A DNA stretch of 64,000 nt from the NCBI RefSeq assembly GCF_009914755.1, contig NC_060940.1; one strand, 5' to 3'. The notes below the pieces were generated by a model that made no database searches, was not told the origin of the DNA, and worked only from the letters and a program-made list of their open reading frames with translations. Positions within the stretch are counted from its first letter, which is position 1; each line of letters opens with the position of its first letter. Source of the stretch: the human T2T-CHM13v2.0 reference genome, Homo sapiens. The translations under genes and the position numbers were made by a program. Shown here in pieces: positions 1 through 28,619 of the stretch.

Positions 1-821
1 CCACTCCCCGGATCGGCTCGACCTCTTGATGGCATCCACCACGCTCTGCATGTACAGCCCATCCTCGAAGGAGGCGGCCATGGAGACAGGGGTGCGGTCC
101 CAGGTGCGGCGGTCGCCCTGCCCCTGGAAGGACTGGCGCAAGGCCTGCACCATGTAGACCATGCCCTTCAGGTACAGCAGCGGGACATCCTGGGGCCCCT
201 GCTCAGGCAGTCCTGCGCCCACTGCCAGCGAGTCCCTCAAGAGCAGCTCCTCTTGCGTGGCAGAGTTCTTCTGCCCATAGAGGTCGGCTCCCCGGGCGAC
301 GAGGCGTCCTGCAGAGCCTACCACCATGACTTCATGCACAAAGGCGCCTGGCATGTTGAAGTTGAGTGTCACTGTGCTACACACACCCCCACCCATGAGC
401 ATCTGGAAGAAACAGAAGTCATCGCTAGTGACGTGCCGGATGCCACGGATGGCAGCGTTCTGCCTCACGAATGTCTTGAGCAGCCCGTGCACCTTCTCGG
501 CTCTCCGGCCGGTCAGGTGGGTCAGCAGGTCCACAATGTAGGTCCCCATGGTGTGCAAGCCCCCGCCGCCCATGAGCTCATCACAGATCCAGCCATAGCT
601 GGGGCTCAGCAGGCTGCCTGAGTAGATGCGGGCATCACAGATCATCACCGCTCCCACATAGTGTTCCGAAATCAGCTGTTTCATGCGCACGAAGGCAGGC
701 AGGAAGCGCAGCACGTTCCCTACCAGGCTCATGAGCTGCGGGTAGTAGCGCGAGGCTGTCACCATCCGGAAGGCATCCACCGATGTTGCTGCCTTCTCGC
801 AAACCACATTCTTCCCAATAC
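1..821 (-). CDS. GFOD2: GFOD2 last coding exon (partial; runs off the window start)
   Basis: Acceptor tgttgttag|GT at 822/821. Phase-1 frame reads (G)[43 protein letters not shown]...[20 protein letters not shown]...[11 protein letters not shown] with no stop to position 1. Contains the Gfo/Idh/MocA-type CEK and GGGxL motifs. Missing from the ORF track because it is truncated. Confidence 0.97.
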
Positions 822-2943
822 CTAACAACAGGACACAACAGGAAATCTCAAAGTTTCAAGGGGGAATCTCCAGCATGTCCGCCTGCCCTGAGGATTTTGG
901 ACTTCTCTGCCTTACAACTGCACGAACTAATTTTTTTTTCTTTTTTGTAGAGGTGGGGTCTTGCTATGCTGCCCAGGCTAGTCTCAATCTCCTGGCCTCA
1001 AGCGATCCTCCATCTTGGCCTCCTAAGTGGGACCACAGGTGTGTACCACCACGCCTGGCTAATTTAAAATTTTTTTTTTGTAGAGATGGGGTCCTCCTCT
1101 GTTGCCTAGGCAGGGCCCAAGTGATCCTCCTGCCTTGGCCTCCCAAAGTGCTGAGATTACAGGTGTGAGCCACCATGCCTGGCCCCAATTTCTTCAAATA
1201 AATCTCTGTCTTAAACACCCTATTGGTTCTGTTTCTCTGGAGAACCCTGAATAACACAGGTGGGCTAGAGAGGTGGGCACACTTCATGGACGTGTCTCTA
1301 TGTTGTCATGCATTTATTAGGTCATCAGCTTGGGGCAAGGAAATCTAACCTATTTTCTAGGGGATGGACTATTCATAACTTCTACTCTTAGTCATAACTC
1401 CAGAGAGGGCCCTAAGATTCCCTGCAGATTGTTCTCTGAAAACACTGGTCCAACAAGTTAGAGTGGCCCAAGGCTAGAACATGTTTGGCTCCGGCAGGAA
1501 GGGAAGGAAGTGAGAATACCCTTTTTGCCCTCACACCCATTCTGGGTACGCTGCAGCCAACACGCACCCAGAGGTAAACAAAGCTGGACAAAGCCCTGAG
1601 GAGAGTGCTAGAGGATAAGCAGCTGGGAACTGAAGGGATGAATGCTGCTCCATGTTTCAAGATGAAAGCTTGTGAGGATATGAGCAGCCATGAGACACTA
1701 ACACCTGCAGTGTTCCTGCGAGCTTTGTGTGGTTCAAGTCGAAGGAAATCCTGTGCTAATACTTTAAATAGAAAACTTAGAAAGCCCAAAAAGCAGTATG
1801 GACTAGACACATACAGAAGTTTACAAGTCATAGTAAGCCAGAAAGGGTAAAGACACCCTGGCAAAAACCCACGAAAAAGCTCTCCAATGTGCAATAGCTT
1901 CTCGGAATAAAAGCCAAAGTCCTTACAAAGGCCCCACCCATAAGGTCTTGATACATGATCTGTGCACTCCTCCAAAATTTTCTTTTTAAAAAAATATTGA
2001 GATAGAGTCTCACTCTTGCCCAGGCTGGAGTGCAGTCGCATGATCTCGGATCACTGCAACTTCCGCCTCCTGGGTTCAAGCGGTTCTCCTGCTACAGCCT
2101 CCTGAGTAGCTGGGATTACAGGTGCCCACCACCACGCCCGGCTAACTTTTGTATTTTTAGTGGAGACAGGGTTTCACCATGTTGGCCAGGCTGGTCTCCA
2201 ACTCCTGACCTCAGGTGATCCACCCGCCTTGGCCTCCCAAAGTGCTGGGATTAAGGCATGAGCTGCCATGCCTGACCACTCCAAAATTATCTTTTTGACT
2301 CTTTGCCTCCTGTGGTCTCTCGGTTGCTCATCCTGCTCTAGCCACTGAATGTGAGATGGGGGCTGCTGTGCAGAAGGACTTGGGGATTGGGGAGAGGCAA
2401 TGATCACGAAATGCTGAAGGACTGAGAAGGCAGGGGTGGGTTAGGAAACGAGACTGAAAGCATTACACAGAGCCTACATGCAATGTGGAAAACTGGATAC
2501 CAAGTCTTGGGCTGGACTAATTCATGTGCTTACCCTTCTAGTTGAAGCCCATCTGGGCAATGTGTGCACCTGGGCTTCTCCTCCACAGCCATCCAGGCTC
2601 CACTCTGGCACTCCACAGGTACTTCCTGGTTGGAGGGGCAGCCTTAGGCCTGGATGCCTGTGACCTGGGGCAACCGGTCACAAGAATGTGCCTTCTCCAG
2701 GTATGTGCATCTTCAGTAACCATGGTGCTCATCTTCCCTCAGGCCCCCAAACATTTTCTGAATGTTTTCAGATGAGGTAATGGTTAAGACACAGATTATT
2801 TCTGATGGCTCACTGCAGGGTGCAGCTTACCCTGATGGACCAAGATGGATTCTGTTCACACAGGCTCAGGAGGGGCCAGCTTACAGCAGAAACAATAGTA
2901 ACTACAGACAATAAATCTTGCAACAAAAACTAAGAAAACTTCA

Positions 2944-3051
<108 letters not shown>

Positions 3052-3083
3052 CTAACTAGCAGGAAGAAACCCCGTCTCTACTA

Positions 3084-3242
<159 letters not shown>

Positions 3243-3559
3243 TCAAAAAAAAAAAAAAAAAAGAAAAAGAAAAAGAAATGGCCGATGTCCCACATGATGG
3301 ATGGGCCCCAGGACAACTGACTACCCAGGAAGAGTCAATTACTGGTGCTGGACTCAAGCTTTGGAGCCAGAAATTCCTGTGCTCAAATCTTGGCTCTCTC
3401 ACTTCACTGCTAGATGATCTGGGAAGTTTCTAAACTTCCCTGGGTTTTTGTTTACTACTATAACTGTAAAGCAGGATTTTACAGTTACAGGGGAAGAAAG
3501 GAGGACTAAGGCAACCAAAGCAGTATATGTAAAGTACCTGGCTCAGTACAGCTCTGTCA

Positions 3560-4124
<565 letters not shown>

Positions 4125-4393
4125 TGAGCTAGCTGGGATTACAGGAGCCTGCCACCATGCCCAGCTAAGTTTTTTGTATTTTTAGTAGAGATGGGGTTTC
4201 ACTATGTTGGCCAGGCTGGTCTTGAACTCCTGACCTCAGGTGGTCCACCCACTTTGGCCTCCCGAAGTGCTGGGGCGTGAGCCACCGCGTCGGCCCCAGG
4301 TAAATAATTTCTATGTTCTGTACTTTGAAAATCTGATTTAGTTTCTTCTTCCTTTTTTTAAGAGACGGGGTCTTGGCCGGGCGCAGTGGCTCA

Positions 4394-4708
<315 letters not shown>

Positions 4709-5515
4709 TTAGCTGGAGTGCAGTAGCGGGATTCTGGTTCACTGCAGTCTTGGTCTGAGCTCAAACAGAGCCTTCCTCCCAGCTTTCCAAGTAGCAAGGA
4801 CCATAGATGAGTGACAGCACGCCCAGCTGATTTTTAAACTTTTTGTAAATACAGGGTCTTGCTACATTGCCCAGGCTGGTCTCAAACTCCTGGCCTCAGG
4901 TGATCCTCCTGCCTTGGCCTCCCAAAGTGCCAGGATAACAGTCATGAGCCACCATGCCCAACCCATGTTGATTTTATAATGTCTTTTTAGAAAATCTAAT
5001 TTTCAGGCTGGGTGAGGTGGCTCACAGGTGTGGCAGTGCACAGCTGTAGTCCCAGATACACAAGAGGCTAGGGTGGAAGAATCACTTGAGTCCAGGAGTT
5101 AGAGGCTGCGGTGAGCTATGATCAAGCCACTGTACTCCAGCGTGGATGACACAGCAAGACTCTGTCTCAAAAAATAAATAAAATCAAAACGAATACAGAG
5201 GAGTTGTTTTATCATACGTACTGTTTATTAGGCCTCTCCGAGAGTCAGGCCCAGCCTGGCCCCCTGGTAGCTCACATACTGACCAAGCCCACAGGAGACA
5301 AATTGGTGCCTCTGGTCAACCCTTCCCCCTCCTCTCACTTCCTACCCCCACCTCTGCCACCTTGACCCTGAAGAACCCCACAGAGCATCTGTCATTTGTA
5401 CTTATGGGCATCTTACGTAGGTCTGAACTCCCAGGATTACAAACCTCAGTGCTGCAGCAAGGAACAAGGCATGTGGATTGGTAGTCTATGACATCATTCA
5501 ATCTCTTCAATTTAT

Positions 5516-5622
5516 TTATTTATTTTTTTAATACATATTTTGTTATTATACTTTAAGTTCTAGGGTACATGTGCACAACGTGCAGGTTTGTTACATATGT
5601 ATACATGTGCCGTGTTGGTGTG
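5516..5622 (-). mobile_element. 5'-truncated L1PA 3' end with 16-bp TSD
   Basis: 'ttattatactttaagttctagggtacatgtgcacaacgtgcagg' is the primate L1 3' terminus. TSD aatctcttcaatttat at 5500-5515 and 5623-5638. Confidence 0.92.
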
Positions 5623-6739
5623 AATCTCTTCAATTTATGACACTTCAATCTCCTGCTCTTCTTTAATAAAAGAAGCTTTACAACAGGTACTAGCAGGACA
5701 ATAAAGAACAGCCAGCCAAGTGTCACATACCTGGGATAGGGTGGCCAGGCCCTTGCACGGGGCCCGGCAGGGAGAGTAGCCCCTGACTGCTAGCACTACT
5801 GCTTCTGGAGGGTCTCCAGTGCTTCTCCACACTTGTGGGCCTTCCAGATTAGGGAAGACAATCACAGTTCTGGGGGTGAATTTTGCCATTTGGCTGCTGA
5901 ACACATATGGCTGACCAGGGAGGGATGTAATGAGGAAATGAGGTTCTCAGACACCCCACCTGAGAGCTGCTGTTCTGGCCAATTCAGAAGCCTCCTGCTA
6001 TAATGCCTCGCTGCTGGCGACAGAGTGGATACTGCAGTGTGAGGCAGAGAGGAGGTGGGTTTAGAGGAAAAAGGACTTTTATGACTGCTAGGAGTTTGGT
6101 GGTGATAAAACTAGGATAAGGAATTCCTGTTTCATGCCTCAAGAGGTGAGGAAAGAGGGAAAGACCTCTCTTCTTGAATCTGAAAAATAGTCTGTTTTTG
6201 TTTTTTTAGATGGGGACTCGCTTTGTTACCCAGTGGTATAATCTTGGCTCATTGCAACCTCCGCTTCCTGGGCTCAAGCTAACCTCCCACCTCAGCCTCC
6301 CAAGTAGCTGGGACCACAGGTGCACGCCACTGTGCCCAGCTAATTTTTTGTATTTTTGGTAGAGATGGGATTTCATCATGTTGCTCAGGCTGGTATTTAA
6401 CTCCTGAGTTCAAGCGATCTGCCCACCTTGGCCTCCCAAAGTGCTGGATTAGAGGTGTGAGGCACTGAGCCCAACCCTGAATAACAGCACTCTTAAACTT
6501 AGGGCTCAGTAGTATCAGTGTGGGACTGCAAGGACATCTTGACTTAAACAGGCTCCTGAGGGCTAGCTGTACAGAGTCTTTGGGTAGCCATGAAAGACAT
6601 GTCTACCTGAGTTTATCTAGCTCTCCTGCCAGGAAGTCAAGGGAGAGATTGGAGAAGCTGAAATCTGCTGGGCACAGTGGCTCCCACCTATAATTCCAGC
6701 ACTTTGGGGGGCCAAAGTAGGATGATTGCCTGAGGTTAG

Positions 6740-7084
<345 letters not shown>

Positions 7085-7619
7085 TGAGCCACCAAGCCTG
7101 GCCTGCAAACTTAGTGTTTTTCTAATGAACCACAGAAGTGCCAAGAATTGGGCACAGAAGCCCACCTTTTAGTGACAGACTTAAGAAAACATTCAACTGT
7201 GGCAAAGATGCTAGGGGCACCTTGCACTTAAAATATAATTTCCTGAACCACTTCTGAACTGAAGAATAAAATATATTAGGGCCCTTCCCCTCTCCCCTTT
7301 AAGAAATTCATGGGAAAGCTTTAAGGATGAAATCGGAGGTAGAAGATGAAGAACATAGGTCAGACCAAAGCAGAAAACAAGATGCCATAAAAAGAGCTGT
7401 GATATGAAAAGTATTATCTCTGGAAGGTTAAGTCCAATCATTAATTTTAGGAAAAACTAATAATGAGGGCAAGAAATGATCTCGTGGCCTTAGAAGTAAG
7501 GTAAAAATATAAAGCTCTAGCAAGGAGAGAAAAATCACAGCACGAAGACTTGGTGAAATGTAACCAAGATGTCATTCCTTAATGCTCCTGGGCCTCAGTT
7601 TAATTCAAAATGATTGGAT

Positions 7620-7990
<371 letters not shown>

Positions 7991-8842
7991 GCATACCAAG
8001 AACCAGAAAAAAAGCAAGCTTGTTGCCAAAGAACCCTGGGGTTTCCTCTTTCTTCCCGTATAGCTTGGAAATGGTCTCTGTGGGGAACCCTAAAATTCAG
8101 GAAGAAGACTGAGAGCCTCCAGAGTTCTGGCTCCGGACACACCTCACCTTTCCAGCCTGCATTCAAGCCACAAGGGATGGCAAGGAGTCAAGTGACCAAT
8201 AGCGGCTTGCTTCCCCTTGAACCAACTTGCTGCTAAAGTGTTGACTTAGGTCTATTTCTGAATTCAATCTGGGAGCCACCATCTGACCTCCCAAGCATTT
8301 GGTGACCAATGAATGAATAACTCCAATGTCACACATCCTCAGAGAGAGCTCTCTGGAAGAAACAAACAATAAGGCCAAAACTTACTTGCTCCAAATTGAC
8401 AACCGGACAGACTGAAGTTCTTTCTCACTTCAAAGAACATTTATCCTTCCCTACCCACTGAGCCAGAGGTGACAGACACCTTCCTATGACATTCCTCAGA
8501 ATGAGGGAGGAGATAAGTAGCAGACCCTGAGGTTTGCCACCATGGCAGTGGTCAGGAAGAGTGGAGGACAACCTCATGGCACCGGTTCCTCGACCTAGAG
8601 ATCTTCGGCTGCATCAAGGAGACACTTGGCTCCTATTACCTCACATAAAACAGTTACTCAGTCAAGTAAGTATGTGCTAGTTGAATTGTGACTATGTCTT
8701 CTGTCATCTACCTTGTAATGTGTGTTATTTCTAGTTGCCTCAATTGGACTATAAAATCTGAAGACAGGGAGGGGTCCAATCTAACACAGCTTTGAATGTC
8801 CAAAATGACATCAGGACAGTGACTGGCACACAGGAGGCATTA

Positions 8843-9494
<652 letters not shown>

Positions 9495-10224
9495 TTACTG
9501 GTTTGTTTACTTAGTAAACTAGGTTCTGATTTATATTAGATAAAGAGAAGAAGTTGACTCCAGTTGACTGGAAATAGAAGACCAACGGGAACTGTAGGAG
9601 AACAGCTCAGCAGGCCATGCCCAGTCAGGGGCAAGAGGTTACCAAGCCCAAAACTTCCCAAGGGAGTGGAGATGTCATGTAAGCAGGCTGTCGACGGATC
9701 CTGTCAGGGAAGCCCAATGCTGGCAGAGCCTTCCTGTCCTCCGGCAATACAAGACTGCAGTTTGGCAGGAAGGGTGTGTGCTCACTATAGTCAAACGCTG
9801 ACAAAACATGGGAAATGGTAGCCTTGCTACACAGCCTCTCCTTCCTGTGGTGCTGTGTGCCCCAGAAATGGGAGAACAAACACACTAGTCACAACCAATT
9901 CCCCGCCACCCAGGGCTCTGACCTCTAACTTCACAGAGGCAAACTTTATGTTGACTGAGATGCAACCATCTCCAGCCCCTTGATGGCTGTCTCTTAGAGT
10001 ATTTCCTTAATTTCTGTTCAGGGATTTACAGATGGGAGGTAGGTTAGGCTATGTCTTTTTTCATGCCCTCCCCAAGCACTGCTTCAGGGACAAGTGATGT
10101 CCCAGAGTTCTCCTCCCTGCAGATGCGAGCCCAGGAAGGAGAGCTCAGAGGAGAGGAGTGACCCTCAGAGGACTGCCCAGAGGGAGAGACATGATCTGCC
10201 CCTGCTGTGGCCTGCCGGGCGTAC

Positions 10225-10483
10225 CTAGAGCCTTCACGGATATCTGCCGGGTGAGTGGAGGGGGGATGCTGATGCACACCAGATCCACATCTTGATGCAG
10301 CAAGATGTCATCAGTCCGGCTGGTGTAGAAGGCGATGTTCATCTCCTCAGCAAGCTGCTTCGCCTCCTCCTCAGTCTTCCCCCACAGGGCCTCAACAGTG
10401 AACCCTTCTGCCCTCAGCAGTGGGACCAGAACTCGGGCGGAGCTGCCAGTCCCAAACACGCCCACTCCTGGCAGCATCTTCAT
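10225..10483 (-). CDS. GFOD2: GFOD2 first coding exon (Rossmann NAD(P)-binding N-terminus)
   Basis: ATG at 10483 gives [35 protein letters not shown]...[22 protein letters not shown]. Donor G|GTACG at 10225/10224. 259 nt (phase 1), matching the acceptor phase at 821. Confidence 0.97.
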
Positions 10484-10570
10484 CCCAGCCTCTCTCTTTA
10501 CCAACTCATCTCCTCACAAGAGCCTCTGGCATGGATATGATCTTCCAAACGTCCTGGTCAGACATGGCTC
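10484..10570 (-). other. GFOD2: GFOD2 exon 2 5'UTR portion (87 nt)
   Basis: Acceptor gctattctag|GAGCC at 10571/10570. In-frame TGA upstream of the main ATG. Confidence 0.85.
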
Positions 10571-10754
10571 CTAGAATAGCAAACATTACACTGGTTATTA
10601 CTGGAGAGGACACTCAGCTGAGGCTACTTTCTTTTTTTTTTGAGATGGAGTCTCGCTCTGTTGCCCAAGCTGGAGTGCAGTGGTGCGAAGGCTACTTTCA
10701 AATAAGGAAGTAACAAGTTCTCTGCCAGAAAAGCACAAATGAAATAGGGCTCGA

Positions 10755-21540
<10,786 letters not shown>

Positions 21541-21904
21541 AAAAATTTTTAATAACCTGTTTTACTGCCACTGACTCAAAGGGAAGCTTCATCAACTCCC
21601 ATAAAGGGGTATTGGCTGGCCCCCGAGGAAGCCAGATGGCATGAAGGCAGGCAGGCTTGCTGACTAGGTATTTCCTGCCCAAGCAGGCAGAGCTGGTTTT
21701 CCTTGTTAATTTCAGTGGCTACCCTTTCTCACCCCTAAAATTTCCCCACTCTTTGTCTTTAACATCCTTGCACATATCCTTCAGATGCCTCCAAAGATCT
21801 CCACAAACCCAGTCCTGCCAAGACCACATACATTTCCCATCACCACATGCTGGTCAGGAATGAAGTGTGCCTTGGCAGGACAGGCTATATACAATTTGAC
21901 AAGG

Positions 21905-22085
21905 CCTTGCCTGGGTTCAAATCCTGGCTCTGTCACTTTCCAGCTGGGTGACCTCAGGTAAGTCCTTTAGTCACTCTGTATCTCCATTTCCTCATCTGTA
22001 AAATGGGGAAATTTTATCTACCTCACAGGGGATTTAAGGATTGAGTTAATATTTGTAGAATACTTATAATTGGGCCTGGCCAATT
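21905..22085 (+). mobile_element. MIR
   Basis: 'ctgggttcaaatcctggctctgtcact...tttcctcatctgtaaaatgggg' core. Confidence 0.85.
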
Positions 22086-23744
22086 AGATATGAGTCAGTA
22101 CATAGGGAATCTTTTTCTGAAAAAAAGATATCTGTTAACTATCTGTGACTGACTTAGATGTCTCTTCTTCAAAAGTTGAGTAGAAATATGAGGGTCATAA
22201 TTCTGAGCTAATATGAAGTGAGTATAATAGGGCAGCCAGTGTTTAGTCTGTCCCTTGTTCCATGCAACCCTGTTGTACAGATAAGAAAACATGCTCAAAG
22301 AGGTGAGGTAACTCTCCCAGGGTTCCACGCCTGGCTGTGTGCATGACCTGCTACAACCAGCATGAAACCTTGAGCAGGTTACTTCACTTCTCTGAGCCTC
22401 TATAAAAACAAGAAAGAAAAAGAGTCATTTTGTAACATGTGCATGTGTGGAGCAACTCTTCTTCCATCCTTCCTCATGAGTGTGAGCCAGGCAAGTTCCT
22501 TCCACTGTCTGCTCTGGGGGTGACTGTTTGCCTCTGATCCACTGTTCAAAACCAATACTAATCTGGTCAATGTCTCACCTTTTCTGAGGAGCTAACGAGG
22601 GAGCTGTGGGACATAAAAAGATGAAAAGTCCTAATTTCAGGGGTGACAAGTCAGCAAGGTGAGTAGGAGCCAGAACTGGTGGCGTAAAGTGTTAATCTCA
22701 AGAGTTTGGACTTTGACAGGTGGGTGTGCTCAGTATTCTTGGTCTGCTCCTCCTTCCCTACCTGATCCTCTCTGCCCTGCTTTTTGTCTCTGGAGTCAGA
22801 AGGTCAGTCTCTAAAGCCCTGGGCTCCAGGTCCTCTGGCTTCCATCTGAGTCCAGCCAAGGGAAAGAACCAGGAAGAGATCAGCGAGCAGGAGGAAAGGC
22901 CAAGGTGTTTATTTTTTGCCTTCTCTCCCTCCCAGGATATGGTTCTGGCAGAGCTGTGTTCCTTAACCAAGGTCACAGCTCCTTTAGAGGACCCCTCTCT
23001 CCCATGGCCATTGCTTTTGCTGGGTTCCAGTGACACATCCCCACTCCGTCATTGCACCTAGGGTGGGGACACTACCTTGCCAGTCCCTGGGTGCTCCACT
23101 ATCCCTTGTATGTTTCCTTTACTACTCACACTATTGTGAATAATCCCTTCATTAAAGAGTTTTTAATTAACCCTTTGAGTACACTGACTGTTTCCTGTCT
23201 AGACCTTGACTAATGCAGGTAAGCAATAAGAACCATTGGATTTTTTTTCTTTTTCTTTTTCTTTGAGATGGAGTCTTGCTCTGTCACCCAGGCTGGAGTG
23301 CAGTGGCGTGATCTTGGCTCATTGCAACCTCTGCTTCCAGGTTCAAGCAAGTCTCCTGCCTCAGCTTCCCGAGCAGCTGGGATTACAGGTGTGCGCCACC
23401 ATGCCCAGCTAATTTTTGCATTTTTAGTAGACACGGGGTTTCCCCATATTGGCCAGGCTGGTCTCGAACTCCTGACCTCTGGTGATCTGCCCACCTCGGC
23501 CTCCCGAAGTGTTGGGATTACAGGCGTGAGCCACTGTGCCCGGCCTGCATTTTTTTTCTTTAATTTGGCAGAAAGACGTAGGTAGGATAGAGTTTAGGAG
23601 ACATTAGACACAGAGAACCAGTTAGGATATCAAGTAAGACATAAGGAGGGTCTAATGGAGGGAATGAAATGGAGCAGACAGTTATCACTAGGATTTGGGA
23701 TTATCAGCAGGGTGGGAGAGCCAAAAAAATAAAATAAAATAAAT

Positions 23745-24225
23745 AACTGAACTATAGACCAATACGTCTCATAAACTTAGGCACAAAAATCCTCAACAAA
23801 ATATTAGCAAATTAAATCTAGCAATGTGGCTGGGCGTGGTGGCTCACACCTGTAATCCCAGCACTTTGGGAGGCCAAGGCGGGCGGATCATGAGGTTAGG
23901 AGATTGAGACCATCCTGGCTGACATGGTGAAACCCCGTCTCTACTAAAAATACAAAAAATTAGCCAGACGTGATGGTGGGTACCTGTAGTCCCAGCTACC
24001 CAGGAGGCTGAGGCAGCAGAATCGCTGGAACCAAAGAGGCAGAGGCTGCAGTGAGCTGAGATCGCACCACTGGCACTCCAGCCTGGGCAACAGAGCAAGA
24101 CTTCATCTCTAAAAAACAAAACAAAACAAAAATAAATAAAAATTAAAAAAAAAATACACCATGACCAACAGGGGTTTAATCCCAGGAATGCAAGGCTGGC
24201 TCAACATTCTAAAATCAACTACTAT
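23745..24225 (+). mobile_element. L1 ORF2 (RT) relic interrupted by an Alu
   Basis: Translates [20 protein letters not shown], then (after the Alu at ~23828-24150) HHDQQGF.PGMQGW, matching L1 RT motifs. Confidence 0.8.
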
Positions 24226-25031
24226 TGGATAGGAGAATGTGGTGTTTTTTTGTTTGTTAGTTTGGTTTGAGACAGAGTCTCACTCTGTCACCCAGACTGG
24301 AATGCAGTGGCGCAATCTCGGCTTACTGCAACCTCCGCCTCCTGGGTTCAGGTGATTCTCGTGCCTCAGCCACCCGAGCAGCTGGGACCACAGATGTGTA
24401 CCACCACGCCTGGCTAATTTTTGTACATTTTGTAGAGAAGGGGTTTTGCCATGTTGGCCAGGCTGGTCTCAAACTCCTGGCCTCAAGCGATCCACCAGCC
24501 TCAGCCTCCCAAAGTGCTGGGGTAACAGGAGCAAGCCACCGCGCCCAGCCTGGATAGCAAAATGTTTAACTGAAAAAGAAAAAAAAAAAAGGCCAGGTGC
24601 AGTGGCTCACCTGTAATCCCAGAATTTTGGGAGGCCAGGAGTTCAAGACCAGCCTGGTGAACATGGTGAAACCCTGTCTCTACAAAAAACAAACAAAAAA
24701 AGCCAGGTGCAGTGGCACACACCTGTGGCTACTCAGGAGGCTCAGGAGGGAGGAACACTTGAGCCTGGGAGGTGGAGGTTGCAGTGAGCCATTTTTGCAC
24801 CACTACACTTCAGCCTGGGCAACAAGAGCATGACCCTGCCTCAAAAAAATAAAAACTAGGCCAGGCGCGGTGGCTCGCGCCTATAATCCCAGCACTTTGG
24901 GAGGCCAAGGTGGGCAGATTGCCTGAGCTCAGGAGTTTGCGACCAGCCTGGGCAACAAGGTAAAACCCCATCTCTACTAAAATACAAAAAAATTAGCCGG
25001 TCATGACAGTATGTGCCTGTAGTCTCAGCTA

Positions 25032-25164
<133 letters not shown>

Positions 25165-25259
25165 TTAAAAAATAAAATCAATTACTATAACTTACCGTAT
25201 CAGTAGTCATTAGACAGCATTAATTAGAAATACAAATTAAGGCCGGGCACGGTGGCTCA

Positions 25260-26540
<1,281 letters not shown>

Positions 26541-26784
26541 CTGACCCCACTTAAAAAAAAAAAAAAAAAGACCCTGAAGTTTTAAGCCTAAGTGACTGAG
26601 AAACTGCAGTGTCCTTAAGAGAAACATGGAACCCAAAAGGCCCGACTGTTGAGACTTTGGTGTGGAGGCTGAGATTTGTGAATTGTTTTTTCCCAGACTG
26701 CCTGAACATCATCTTACCTTCTGTGTATCTAGTCTGTAGAACCCCAGCTTCTGCCAAACTAGAGGCCACGACCCACTGCCTATC

Positions 26785-27295
<511 letters not shown>

Positions 27296-28010
27296 CTACG
27301 CTCTGTTATAAGGCCCAGGAACTCCAACTGACGCAGTATTGTCATGAAGGTAGCCAGGATTTTTTTTTTTTTTTTTTTTTTTTTTGAGATGGAGTCTCGC
27401 TCTGTTGCCCAGTCTGGAGCACAGTGGCACAATCTGAGCTCACTACAACCTCTGCCTCCTGGGTTCAAGTGATTCTCCTGCCTCAACCTCCCGAGTAGCT
27501 GGGATCATAGGCATGTGCCGTGCCTGGCTAATTTTTGTATTTTTTAGTAGAGATGGGGTTTCACCATGTTGGCCAGGCTAGTATTGAACTCCTGACCTCA
27601 CATGATCTGCCTGCCTCGGCCTCCCAAAGTGCTGGGATTACAGGAGTAAGACACTGCGCCCGGCCAGTAGCCAGGATTACAGTAAAAAAAGAATCACCCA
27701 CCTCACTGTGTGTGAGAAATCAGATTCTGGGAATTTTGGAGTCAATGGATAACTTTAGAGGTCACTCACTCATTAGGCAGCTTGTATAGTGGTTAGACCC
27801 TCAGCAGAAGGTGCCTAAGAATTCTTCTTTCCTGACAAGTCTTTATAACGTTGGGGTTTTAAAGTGCAGAGTTAAAACCTGTATTTCCTGGCCAGCCACG
27901 GTGGCTCATGCCTGTAATCCTAGCACTTTGGGAGGCTGAGGCGGGCGGATCACCTGAGGTTGGGAGTTCCAGACCAGCCTGACCAACATGGTGAAACCCC
28001 ATCTCTACTA

Positions 28011-28169
<159 letters not shown>

Positions 28170-28619
28170 TCAAACAAAACAAAACAAAACAAAACAAAAA
28201 GGAAAAAAAAACCCTGTATTTCCTAGCATTCCTTGTAAAGAGGTGTGTCAAATGAGATAAATATAGAAGGTATAGTTTGGCAGAATGTCTGGAAATGTTC
28301 TTTAAAGGAGGCAATCTCAACTGGCAGGAACTGTCACCCCTGCCCCTTTCTGTCTGGAATTACCACCAGGAGGTGACTTGAGGATAAAACACAATTTCTT
28401 GCAGATTTTGACACTGAAAAGATGAATCAGATGTTACCTGTACCCTCAAAGAACTCCACAGATCAGACAGGCACTTGAGCAAATCTGTCATATGGTAGAC
28501 AGGCAGAGCAACAGAAACTTGCCTCTGTTGCAGAGAAGAGCACCATTAACTACAGGGGCTAGAGGCAGTGTACAGGCAGGAAAGACTTCCTGGAAGAGAC
28601 GACATAACTCCCCATTACC

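Noticed and set aside
253-621. 122-aa plus-strand ORF
   Set aside because: Antisense shadow of the GC-rich GFOD2 coding exon, starting at a non-ATG codon, with no independent support.
1412-2041. 209-aa hydrophobic minus-strand ORF in GFOD2 intron 2
   Set aside because: It begins in an Alu at a non-ATG codon, with no recognisable homology or clear splice sites.
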